Below are positions 8,467 to 16,708 of a stretch of 47,385 bases of DNA, piece after piece. A program made the position numbers and the translations under genes. Source of the DNA: a virus (taxonomy: Duplodnaviria; Caudoviricetes). The notes beneath the pieces were generated by a model. It was not told the origin of the DNA. It was given only the letters and a program-made list of their open reading frames with translations, and did no database searches. The first letter of the stretch is position 1; each line of letters opens with the position of its first letter. The DNA is taken from positions 1 through 47,385 of the IMG/VR virus record IMGVR_UViG_3300033076_000501. One strand, written 5' to 3'.

Positions 8467-9932
8467 TGGAACAAGTTAAATTAACAGATACACATAGCTC
8501 AGAATGGGCGTTGTTCTTACCTGCTGTAAGTAGTTTTTACATCAGCGGCTTGGGTAAGCAACGCAAGGGCATAGATTACTTCCCTAAAGAAAGAATCCCT
8601 GCAAGTTTCAACGGCGACGTAGAGAAACTAAACTTTCTTAATAGTAAAGAAGGTCTATACACTTACAAGTGGGGTTTGTATTCTGCTGGTCATGCTAACT
8701 TAGATACAACTGTTGACGATCCTAGTGAATCTATCATTAGAGAACGTGAAGAAGGTACATTCATGTTGGGTGACTCAGGTGGTTTCCAGATTCTTAAAGG
8801 TCAATGGCCTGCTGATTGGAAAGATCCTAACTGTCCTAAGGCTATGGAGAAAAGAAAGATTGTTTTAAAGTGGATGGACACATACATGGACTATGGCATG
8901 TGTTTAGATATCCCTTCTCAGTCTTTCCTTAATACTGCTGCCATTCCAATGCACGGTATTCACAACATCCAAGAAGCGATTGATGCTACTCATATTAATA
9001 ATGAGTACTTTGTTAAACATCGTAATGGTTCATGTAAGTTCTTGAACGTTTTGCAAGGTACTAATCATACTGAAAGTGATGATTGGTACAATGAAATGAA
9101 GAAATACTGTGACCCAAATATCTATCCAGACAATCACTTTAATGGTTGGGCGTTCGGGGGTCAGAATAAGATTGACATTCACTTGACATTGCGTAGAATG
9201 GTTGACATTATCTATGATGGATTGTTGATTGAAGGTAAGCACGATTTGATTCACTGTTTGGGTGTATCTATCCTTGAGTATGCTGTGTTGTTTACTGATA
9301 TTCAAAAAGCAATTCGCAAATATCACAACCCAAAACTTCAAATTACGTTTGACTGTGCAAGCCCATTCTTCTCGGCAGCTAAAGGTTTGGCGTATTTCAA
9401 CAACAGTTTGAATGATGACGAGAAATGGTCATATCAAATGACCAAAACAGTTGAGAACAAAGACTATGCTACAGACAATCGTAAGTTTTCGGATGCCTGC
9501 TTACAAGACGGTATCCATACTATGTTTACAGACAGTCCAGTAACTGATAAACTACTTGTTCGTGACGTATGTTATCGTGGACATGGTTTCATAGGTCAAC
9601 ATGGTAAAGAAACTAAAACAAGCTGGGATACTTTGAGTTATACATTGATTCAATCGCATAATGTTTATCAACACATCTATGCTGTACAGGAAGCAAACCG
9701 TCGATATGAGCAGGGAATTACTCCTGCTATGGTTCATCACTTTGATTCTGGTATCAAATTCAAAGATATCGTTGATGAAGTGTTTTCAAAGAAAACTAGA
9801 CAAGAAAGCCATGCTGTAATCGAACAATATAGTTCATTATGGAAGCAAATGTCAGCAGGTGCACAGGGCTTTAGTGGTAAGAAAACAGTTAACGCACGTA
9901 CTAAGTTTAACGAATTATTTACATTTGAATAA
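8466..9932 (+). CDS. dpdA: TGT-fold transglycosylase, DpdA-like (inserts 7-deazaguanine base into DNA)
   Basis: TGT motifs appear in order: DSGGFQ, LDIP, VLQG, WAFGG, HCLG, TFDCAS, and a late HN. It clusters with folE, queD and queE. Confidence 0.8.
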   Translation: MEQVKLTDTHSSEWALFLPAVSSFYISGLGKQRKGIDYFPKERIPASFNGDVEKLNFLNSKEGLYTYKWGLYSAGHANLDTTVDDPSESIIREREEGTFMLGDSGGFQILKGQWPADWKDPNCPKAMEKRKIVLKWMDTYMDYGMCLDIPSQSFLNTAAIPMHGIHNIQEAIDATHINNEYFVKHRNGSCKFLNVLQGTNHTESDDWYNEMKKYCDPNIYPDNHFNGWAFGGQNKIDIHLTLRRMVDIIYDGLLIEGKHDLIHCLGVSILEYAVLFTDIQKAIRKYHNPKLQITFDCASPFFSAAKGLAYFNNSLNDDEKWSYQMTKTVENKDYATDNRKFSDACLQDGIHTMFTDSPVTDKLLVRDVCYRGHGFIGQHGKETKTSWDTLSYTLIQSHNVYQHIYAVQEANRRYEQGITPAMVHHFDSGIKFKDIVDEVFSKKTRQESHAVIEQYSSLWKQMSAGAQGFSGKKTVNARTKFNELFTFE

Positions 9933-9933
9933 T

Positions 9934-10134
9934 ATGCCATACAAGCAACGAATCGCAACACTAACAGAATCACATCGTCTAATCGACGGGGTCATTCAAG
10001 ACTTAATGCTAAATCCAAACTACGACCAAATGAAAGTCAATGCACTAAAGAAGCAGAAACTTATCTACAAGGATGATATTCGTAGATTTGAACGAGCCCA
10101 AGAAGAACATGACAAGGAAATGAACCATGAGTGA
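9934..10134 (+). CDS. DUF465/YdcH-like small coiled-coil protein
   Basis: H..ID..I...LKKQKLIYKDDI pattern. ATG 9934 is preferred over the overlapping start in the ORF track. Confidence 0.65.
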   Translation: MPYKQRIATLTESHRLIDGVIQDLMLNPNYDQMKVNALKKQKLIYKDDIRRFERAQEEHDKEMNHE

Positions 10135-10582
10135 ACAAAGAGAACAAGCACTATTCGAACAACGTCAACGTATTAGCCAAGCGGCTAAACGTATGATTTT
10201 TGTAACATTTCAAAAGGAAGGCATCCATTGCTATCCGGCTGCGGCAACTGACCCTGCACTTAAAACAGGTGACATGTATGACGTTAGCTTTCTAGGAACT
10301 CCGCATCGGCACATTTTTCACTTTAATGTGGCGATTGAAGTCTTTCACAACGATAGGGATATCGAGTTTATTCAATTCAAGCGTTGGCTAGAGCATCTAT
10401 ATGCTCAAGGCACACTAGAGTTGGATTACAAAAGTTGTGAAATGTTAAGTGACGATTTGTACAACCAAATCGCTACACGATATCCTGACCGTAACATTGA
10501 GATTACTGTCTCCGAAGATGGTGAGAACGGTGCTACGATTTATTACAATTTAACACAACCTCTCAACAACCTAAAAATTTAA
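10127..10582 (+). CDS. dpdL: QueD paralog (T-fold), DpdL-like putative CDG decarboxylase
   Basis: LGTPHRHIF matches LxxxHRHxF; T-fold motifs SCEM and VSEDGENG; a canonical QueD is present separately. Confidence 0.7.
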   Translation: MSEQREQALFEQRQRISQAAKRMIFVTFQKEGIHCYPAAATDPALKTGDMYDVSFLGTPHRHIFHFNVAIEVFHNDRDIEFIQFKRWLEHLYAQGTLELDYKSCEMLSDDLYNQIATRYPDRNIEITVSEDGENGATIYYNLTQPLNNLKI

Positions 10583-10594
10583 TAGGAAAACAAA

Positions 10595-10801
10595 ATGGCA
10601 AAACCTCAAATCAAACATAATCCTAAAGTCAAACAAATTTTCGAAGACTTGGAAAACTATCGTCAATTCTGCGTAGACTTTGGATACGTATTCAATGAGG
10701 CAACATTGTATGATATGCGTAATTTCGTATATCGTCAACATACTAAGCAACTTCAAGGTAAGTCTGCGAAGTACAACTGGGAAGAAGCGATTACACGATG
10801 A
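10595..10801 (+). CDS. Hypothetical protein
   Basis: AGGA ribosome-binding site; coupled to the next ORF. Confidence 0.7.
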   Translation: MAKPQIKHNPKVKQIFEDLENYRQFCVDFGYVFNEATLYDMRNFVYRQHTKQLQGKSAKYNWEEAITR

Positions 10802-11985
10802 GAAAACTATACTACATGGGTCTTGAGCCCTACAAAGCACGTTACACTTTGCAATTAACAGAGTGGAACGAGCGTGTCTTTAAAAGTAGAGGCATTGACT
10901 ATGTAGTAGTGTCCGGTGAAACACTATCAACTGACCAAGCTATCGTAACAGGTCAAGTGCTTGATGCACATGGTCGTAGTTATTTTGGTATGTCTCAACT
11001 AATGAACTTAGTTAAGATGATGAAAGAAGGTCAAGTAACAAATGAAGATGTTATCTACTTTGAGGATATGTTTCAACCGGGCATTGAGTCACTTCCTTAT
11101 ATCCTCAATCAAGTACCTGTATCCCATCGTCCGAAAATTTTTGTACGCTGTTTGGCGCAGTCAATCGACCCTGACGATTTTGTTCACGTGTGGGGAATGT
11201 CAAAATGGATGGGACTCTACGAACAGATGGTATGTGAGGCAGTTAACCAAAGCGGAGGTGCTGTACTTGCGACTAATGAAGAAATGGTCATGAATATGAA
11301 GATTGCAGGCTGGGAAGCCCCAATCTATAATATCAGTGGTCTAGCATTCGGCAAGAGTGAAGTACAAGAACGTGTTGGTACTATTAAACCATTCAGTGAG
11401 CGCAAGCATCGTGTTGTATTTTCAGCACGTTGGGACCAAGAGAAGCAACCTGACTTCTATATGGATGTAATTGATGCTTGGCATCAGCGTCATCCAGGTT
11501 CAGGTGTAGAGTTTTGTATTTGCTCTGGTGCTAAAATAAAGAGCAACAACGATAGTTACATGCAACGTACACGTGACATGCAAGCCTCTGGTAAGCTAAC
11601 AATCTATGAGGACTTGAATAAAAATGATTACTATAATATTGTCAACGATAGCCGTGTGGTATTTAATTGTGCGCTACAAGACTGGGTCTCGAATACTGTC
11701 TCCGAAGCTGATGCTCTTGGTTGCAATGTGTTATATCCTGCTTATAGGTCTTTTCCTGAGACATTTGCAAACGATTACACCAGACTTTACGTACCATGGT
11801 CTATTGAAGATGCTTTGGATAAGCTCGAACAGCTTTTGAAGAAGCCCAGTGAAAAGATGGGTAAAATCAGTGACTACAACGATGGTACGATTGACCGAAT
11901 CGTTGACATTTTAGAAGGCAAGGGTGATACAATGCTACGTATGACAACTGACTATCGAAAATATACCCGTGAAACAAAATACTAA
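10798..11985 (+). CDS. GT-B fold glycosyltransferase (GT4-like)
   Basis: VVFSARWDQEKQP, and the donor-binding segment QDWVSNTVSEADALGCNVLYP...SFPE. Confidence 0.8.
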   Translation: MRKLYYMGLEPYKARYTLQLTEWNERVFKSRGIDYVVVSGETLSTDQAIVTGQVLDAHGRSYFGMSQLMNLVKMMKEGQVTNEDVIYFEDMFQPGIESLPYILNQVPVSHRPKIFVRCLAQSIDPDDFVHVWGMSKWMGLYEQMVCEAVNQSGGAVLATNEEMVMNMKIAGWEAPIYNISGLAFGKSEVQERVGTIKPFSERKHRVVFSARWDQEKQPDFYMDVIDAWHQRHPGSGVEFCICSGAKIKSNNDSYMQRTRDMQASGKLTIYEDLNKNDYYNIVNDSRVVFNCALQDWVSNTVSEADALGCNVLYPAYRSFPETFANDYTRLYVPWSIEDALDKLEQLLKKPSEKMGKISDYNDGTIDRIVDILEGKGDTMLRMTTDYRKYTRETKY

Positions 11986-11996
11986 AGGATTACAAT

Positions 11997-12209
11997 ATGG
12001 CAACAAAGAAACCAAAGAATCAATCATCAAATGGTTGGCCTAAGATTAATCAAGGTACACATTTGACTGTAAAGACTTTTGAAGATGGTACGACTGAACT
12101 TGTTTGGGATGACGTTCAACTATTGAAAGAAGTACAAGAGGCAATCGCCTCGGTGGAAGCACCAAAGAAAACAACTAAAGGAAAGAAGAAAAATGTCAGC
12201 ACACAATGA
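11997..12209 (+). CDS. Hypothetical protein
   Basis: AAGGA ribosome-binding site; in operon context. Confidence 0.65.
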   Translation: MATKKPKNQSSNGWPKINQGTHLTVKTFEDGTTELVWDDVQLLKEVQEAIASVEAPKKTTKGKKKNVSTQ

Positions 12210-12390
12210 TATCAATACACACTTAGAAGCATACCTAGCAGAACATGAAAAGTTTGAAAAGGGTAATGCAGCAGCAGGTACTCGTGCCCGTAAAGCATTA
12301 GCAGAAATGGCTAAAGCAATCAAAGCACGCCGTAACGAAATTACTGCTGAAAAAGCGGCACGTGCAGAAGCAAAAGCTGCAGGTAAGTAA
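12193..12390 (+). CDS. Hc1-like (histone H1-like) small basic protein
   Basis: KFEKGNAAAGTRARKALAEMAKAIKARRNEI signature. Confidence 0.75.
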   Translation: MSAHNDINTHLEAYLAEHEKFEKGNAAAGTRARKALAEMAKAIKARRNEITAEKAARAEAKAAGK

Positions 12391-12497
12391 TGACTGTACT
12401 AGATGTATTTCTAGGTTTAGGCGAAGTTGTAATCTTCTTCGCCTTTTTCATCCTAGCACTAAAATTATTCGGAAACTTAATCAGTCGTGATAAATAA
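12390..12497 (+). CDS. Small single-pass membrane protein (35 aa)
   Basis: TAATG coupling; MTVLDVFLGLGEVVIFFAFFILALKLFGNLISRDK. Below the ORF-track size cutoff. Confidence 0.5.
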   Translation: MTVLDVFLGLGEVVIFFAFFILALKLFGNLISRDK

Positions 12498-12556
12498 ACA
12501 TGTAACACAACGGTTACAAAATATCAAAACAAAACCATCACAAAGGAAGGTTATCA

Positions 12557-13243
12557 ATGTCATACAACAAAACAAAATGTGATCCATCATTGGGTCTAGC
12601 AGTACACGAACACTTAGTTAAAATGGGTGTTGAAACTCCAATCAAAGAAACAGGTCAAATCATCGACCGTAAAGGTAAAATCGAAGTCATCGAATCATTG
12701 TTTGCAGATATTATGAAAACAATGGGATTAGACTTGACTGATGATAGTCTTATCGAAACACCAAAGCGTGTTGCTAAGATGTACGTTAATGAAATTTTCT
12801 GGGGCTTAGATTATGAAGCATTTCCAAAATGTACTACCGTGGACAATAAAATGCAATACAACGAAATGGTTGTTGAGCGCAATGTTTCAGTTCAAAGTAA
12901 TTGCGAACACCATTTTGTCGTTATCGATGGTTTGGCAACAGTTGCTTATGTTCCCAAACAAAAAGTCTTGGGCTTATCGAAAATCAACCGAATCGTTGAA
13001 TATTTTTCTAAACGCCCGCAAATCCAAGAACGACTTACGGAGCAGATTTTTCATGCTCTACAATATATTCTTGAAACCGAAGACGTTGCAGTCCTCATCG
13101 ATGCACAGCATTATTGCGTTAAGTCAAGAGGTGTCGAAGACACAGGGTCAAGCACTGTCACTTGTCGTCTCGGTGGAGGCTTCAAAACTGATCCATCAGC
13201 ACGTGCGGAGTTCTTACAAATCGCAAACAAAGGTTGCAAATAA
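12557..13243 (+). CDS. folE: GTP cyclohydrolase I
   Basis: ETPKRVAKMY, SNCEHH, GLSKINRIV, RPQIQERLT, HYCVKSRG. Confidence 0.96.
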   Translation: MSYNKTKCDPSLGLAVHEHLVKMGVETPIKETGQIIDRKGKIEVIESLFADIMKTMGLDLTDDSLIETPKRVAKMYVNEIFWGLDYEAFPKCTTVDNKMQYNEMVVERNVSVQSNCEHHFVVIDGLATVAYVPKQKVLGLSKINRIVEYFSKRPQIQERLTEQIFHALQYILETEDVAVLIDAQHYCVKSRGVEDTGSSTVTCRLGGGFKTDPSARAEFLQIANKGCK

Positions 13244-13419
13244 TGGAAACATTAGCTAATCTGAGTTTGCTAATTGGTTTGATTTTAAAGGGCGCAGCTT
13301 ACATTTTTGTATGTTGTGTTCTTGCTTTAGGTATTTTCTATATCATAAAGAAGACTCCGGACAGCGCATGTCACGGTGATTGCAATCAAGGTCGCAACTG
13401 CAACTGTAAAGGAAAGTAA
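13243..13419 (+). CDS. Small membrane protein with Cys-rich C-terminus
   Basis: Hydrophobic stretch followed by CHGDCNQGRNCNC. Confidence 0.55.
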   Translation: METLANLSLLIGLILKGAAYIFVCCVLALGIFYIIKKTPDSACHGDCNQGRNCNCKGK

Positions 13420-13420
13420 C

Positions 13421-13657
13421 ATGGGTTTTAAAAAGCCAATGGATTACAATTCAGTAAGTCATCAAATTTATATGGCAGGTGTAGAACTATGCTCACCAAA
13501 GAACGATGGGTTCACTCAATGGGAAATCAAAAAAGATTTATACAAACTTAAATGGTTGTTGGATCAGATTATGGATGATAGTTCTACGTTTGTTGACGAA
13601 GAACAATTCTTAAAAGAACACGAGCAGGTGAAGATGTGGCGTACACTAGCCAAGTAA
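13421..13657 (+). CDS. Hypothetical protein
   Basis: AAGGA ribosome-binding site before ATG 13421. Confidence 0.65.
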   Translation: MGFKKPMDYNSVSHQIYMAGVELCSPKNDGFTQWEIKKDLYKLKWLLDQIMDDSSTFVDEEQFLKEHEQVKMWRTLAK

Positions 13658-13947
13658 TAGACCTAAAAAAGGCACACGAGGAATTTCTTGAGGAACTTAG
13701 AAATGATCCAGTGAAACTTAAAAAGTTCATTCGTGAAATTTCTGGTCCTGAAACGAGAACTCTCACGGGACAAGAACGTGACCATATGATTACTGTATTC
13801 AATTTGATAGATCCTGTCGAATCGAGCAATAATCAACGTGTATGGACTGATGTATATCAACATGCAGGTAAAATATATAACGTTCATTTCTTTGAAGAAG
13901 AAACTGTAATAGAAGAAGTACTACCAGATGATTTTCAACAAGATTAA
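13636..13947 (+). CDS. Hypothetical protein
   Basis: In-operon ORF. Confidence 0.6.
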   Translation: MAYTSQVIDLKKAHEEFLEELRNDPVKLKKFIREISGPETRTLTGQERDHMITVFNLIDPVESSNNQRVWTDVYQHAGKIYNVHFFEEETVIEEVLPDDFQQD

Positions 13948-14389
13948 ACAATTAAAAGAACAAGGTAAAAAGATTGGCATCACGTTCTCGACTTTTGACT
14001 TACTTCACGCGGGGCACATTGCAATGTTGGCTGAGGCTAAAAATCACTGTGATTACCTTATTGCAGGGCTCCAAACTGACCCAACAATCGACCGCCCTGA
14101 AACTAAGAATAAGCCTGTCCAATCTATCGTTGAGAGACAGATTCAATTGGCGTCGTGTCGTTTCGTTGATGAAGTTGTTGTTTACTCTACGGAGCAGGAT
14201 CTTATCGACCTTCTCCTTATCTTACCTATTGACGTTAGGATACTTGGAGTTGAATACGCTCACACAGATTTCACAGGACGACTAGAAGGTGGTGATAAGG
14301 GTATTGAACATATTTTCAATAGTCGTGACCACTCATTCAGTTCAAGTAGTTTACGTAAACGTGTAGCAGAAGCACAAAAGGATAAGTAA
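13928..14389 (+). CDS. Cytidylyltransferase (TagD/RfaE-like, HIGH family)
   Basis: TFDLLHAGH, LIAGLQTD, ER...CRFVDEV, RDHSFSSSSLRKR. Confidence 0.9.
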   Translation: MIFNKIKQLKEQGKKIGITFSTFDLLHAGHIAMLAEAKNHCDYLIAGLQTDPTIDRPETKNKPVQSIVERQIQLASCRFVDEVVVYSTEQDLIDLLLILPIDVRILGVEYAHTDFTGRLEGGDKGIEHIFNSRDHSFSSSSLRKRVAEAQKDK

Positions 14390-14688
14390 TGGATTTAGAA
14401 AGATTTGTCAGACACTTTGGTTTCAAAGTTGTACGAATTAGAGAAGACCGTCCCTATCAATATCTTGATGGGTATGATTCATATAAGTCATCTTATTACA
14501 CTAACTATGACCGTAGTTGTATTGAAATGGAAATTAGTCGCAGAGAGTTAGAACATTTGGCAGACTACTTTTCTAAAATGGAAGACTTGAATCGCAAAGA
14601 CCATGAAGATTATGTTATCCGACGTGAGAATCCTGCAGTCCAAGAAGCATACAGTAAGTACCAAATGTTATTGGAACTCTACAGATAA
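14389..14688 (+). CDS. Hypothetical protein
   Basis: TAATG coupling; C-terminal NPAVQEAYSKYQMLLEL motif, which recurs in the ORF at 23993. Confidence 0.65.
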   Translation: MDLERFVRHFGFKVVRIREDRPYQYLDGYDSYKSSYYTNYDRSCIEMEISRRELEHLADYFSKMEDLNRKDHEDYVIRRENPAVQEAYSKYQMLLELYR

Positions 14689-14701
14689 GGTAAATAAACA
14701 T

Positions 14702-14761
14702 AGCGGCCTTAGCATCATCCCGCTTTACAAATTCTGCTGCCTATGCTATAATACACATAGG
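14702..14761 (+). ncRNA. preQ1-I-like H-type pseudoknot plus RBS-sequestering hairpin (candidate riboswitch) upstream of queD
   Basis: P1 AGCGG/CCGCT with a 13-nt loop CCTTAGCATCATC; A-rich tail TTACAAA; P2 TAGCA/TGCTG; hairpin CCTATG/CATAGG over the RBS. Confidence 0.5.
14724..14752 (+). promoter_or_regulatory. Sigma70-type promoter embedded in the queD leader
   Basis: TTTACA-17 nt-TATAAT with a TGn extended -10. Confidence 0.6.
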
Positions 14762-14768
14762 AGAAAAT

Positions 14769-15269
14769 ATGCATAACCCAGTAACTTACAAATACACAAG
14801 TACAAAAGAGTACCATGACGCATTCCCTTGCGCATATCGTCAATGGCGCGCAGACAGTCATTGCAACACAATTCATGGCTATAGTTTCAGTATGAAATTC
14901 TATTTCGGTACAAACGATTTAGATGCTCGTAACTGGGCAGCCGATTACGGTGGCTTGAAAGAACTAAAGAAGTTCTTAGAAGACCAATTCGACCACACAC
15001 TAATCGTAGCACAGGATGACCCAGAAATGGAAACATTCAAGTTGTTGCAAGAAAAGAAGATGGCTAAAATCATCATTCTACCTGCACTAGGTTGCGAAGC
15101 ATTAAGTGACCAATTATACAAATATGTCAACGGTGTTTACATTCCCGAAATGTGGGGAGAAGGTGAAGCGAAACGTCTATGGTGCTATCGTGTAGAAGTT
15201 CGTGAGACACAATCAAATATGGCTTTCCGTGAAGGACACCGTGAATGGAACGAAAACCTATTTGACTAA
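14769..15269 (+). CDS. queD: 6-carboxy-5,6,7,8-tetrahydropterin synthase
   Basis: HCNTIHGYSF (CxxxHG), DYGGLK, FDHT, GCE, EVRET. Confidence 0.9.
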   Translation: MHNPVTYKYTSTKEYHDAFPCAYRQWRADSHCNTIHGYSFSMKFYFGTNDLDARNWAADYGGLKELKKFLEDQFDHTLIVAQDDPEMETFKLLQEKKMAKIIILPALGCEALSDQLYKYVNGVYIPEMWGEGEAKRLWCYRVEVRETQSNMAFREGHREWNENLFD

Positions 15270-15484
15270 TGGAAGTATGGATTCGTATTATCATTAAATT
15301 AGTTGCAGGTGTCATGTCAATACTTGACGCCAGCAACTTACGAAATCGGTTATACGAAGTCAAGGACGAGCATGAAGTCATGTGGACTGCTTTGGATGAT
15401 ATTGCTAGAATGCACCCAGATAGTCCAGCTGGTAAATATGCTAAAGAAACATTAAAACAAATCAAACACAAATACGGAAGATGA
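15269..15484 (+). CDS. Hypothetical protein
   Basis: TAATG coupling. Confidence 0.55.
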   Translation: MEVWIRIIIKLVAGVMSILDASNLRNRLYEVKDEHEVMWTALDDIARMHPDSPAGKYAKETLKQIKHKYGR

Positions 15485-15639
15485 AACATTTTTGGAGACT
15501 ATGGGCAAAAGCCCTAGGTGAGAAAGCAGGTGATACGGATCGGGAAGCTGACCGTATTGCTTTCATTAGAACCTGCATTGTGTTAACATACATCATCACA
15601 AACATTTTTATTGTAGCAGGCGTTATAAGGCATTGGTAA
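15481..15639 (+). CDS. Small membrane protein (52 aa)
   Basis: ATGA/TAATG coupling; MKHFWRLWAKALGEKAG...ADRIAFIRT...NIFIVAGVIRHW. Absent from the ORF track because of its size. Confidence 0.65.
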   Translation: MKHFWRLWAKALGEKAGDTDREADRIAFIRTCIVLTYIITNIFIVAGVIRHW

Positions 15640-16481
15640 TGAGCAAATTAAAAGTAGCAGAATTATTTTATAGTATTCAGGGTGAAGGTAGATACATGGG
15701 AGTCCCTTCTGTGTTCTTACGAACATATGGATGCAATTTTACATGTGGCGGCTTCGGCATGCCAAAAGGACAGTTAAGCGATGAAAGAAACAAGATTGAT
15801 GCACTTAGTATCAAAGAGTATAAAGACTTACCATTGGTGTCTACAGGTTGTGATAGCTATGCTAGTTGGGATCCTAACTTCAAGCATCTTAGCCCTGTGT
15901 TATCTACTGATAGTATTGCCGACAGCATTTGTACTATATTGCCTCATGGGCGTTGGATGGATGAGCACTTGGTTATCACCGGTGGTGAACCTCTACTTGG
16001 ATGGCAAAGAGCGTATCCAGACTTACTTTCAAACGAGAAAATGAAACCTCTTAAAGAGATTACATTTGAAACTAATGGTACTCAAATGTTGTCTACTGAG
16101 TTTAGAGACTATCTCCAAGACTGGAAGCGCAATCGTGAAAAGAACGCATTGACATTCAGTGTTAGTCCCAAGTTATCAGTTAGTGGAGAAAAGTATGATG
16201 AAGCGATTTTGCCTGACGTTATTCGTCAATACCAAGATGTGGGTTTTGTATACCTTAAGTTCGTTGTGGCATCAGAAGAAGATGTACGTGAAGCAGAAAA
16301 GGCTGTAGAAGATTACAAGCGCGGTGGCTTCAAAGGTCCAGTATACTTAATGCCAGTCGGTGGTGTTGAAAGTGTATATTCATTGAACGCAAAGAACGTA
16401 GCACTAGCCGCAATGAAACGAGGCTGGCGCTACTCAGATAGATTACAAGTACCGTTATTTAAAAACGAGTGGGGAACATGA
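15639..16481 (+). CDS. queE: 7-carboxy-7-deazaguanine synthase (radical SAM)
   Basis: FYSIQGEG, VFLRTYGCNFTC...GCDS, VITGGEP, FETNG, SVSPK, YLMP. Confidence 0.92.
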   Translation: MSKLKVAELFYSIQGEGRYMGVPSVFLRTYGCNFTCGGFGMPKGQLSDERNKIDALSIKEYKDLPLVSTGCDSYASWDPNFKHLSPVLSTDSIADSICTILPHGRWMDEHLVITGGEPLLGWQRAYPDLLSNEKMKPLKEITFETNGTQMLSTEFRDYLQDWKRNREKNALTFSVSPKLSVSGEKYDEAILPDVIRQYQDVGFVYLKFVVASEEDVREAEKAVEDYKRGGFKGPVYLMPVGGVESVYSLNAKNVALAAMKRGWRYSDRLQVPLFKNEWGT

Positions 16482-16708
16482 GAGAGAAGATTTTACATCA
16501 AGCATACGTGAAAGGGTTGTACGCACAGGGTACTCCCGATTCATGGGATGAAGAAGCATTATATCAATTTGGGCAGCACCTTATTGATATGTGCCTTGAC
16601 GCAGTTGAACAAATGGACACGTTGAAGGGTGCAACTACTTACGACAAAGATTTAGTTGAAAGTACCAAACACCACTGCGCCCAAGCGATTGAAAGAAAGT
16701 TTAAATGA
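16478..16708 (+). CDS. Hypothetical protein
   Basis: ATGA coupling at both ends. Confidence 0.6.
   Translation: MREKILHQAYVKGLYAQGTPDSWDEEALYQFGQHLIDMCLDAVEQMDTLKGATTYDKDLVESTKHHCAQAIERKFK

Noticed and set aside
8466-9932. Canonical tRNA-guanine transglycosylase (queuosine tRNA pathway)
   Set aside because: It lacks the CxCxxC zinc motif of bacterial Tgt, no queC/queF/queA/queG or tRNA genes are in the window, and it sits beside DNA replication genes. A DNA-acting DpdA fits better, though this is not proven.
12502-12553. Small hairpins upstream of folE as a riboswitch
   Set aside because: Only two short, imperfect AT-rich stems with no recognisable aptamer core; too weak to call.
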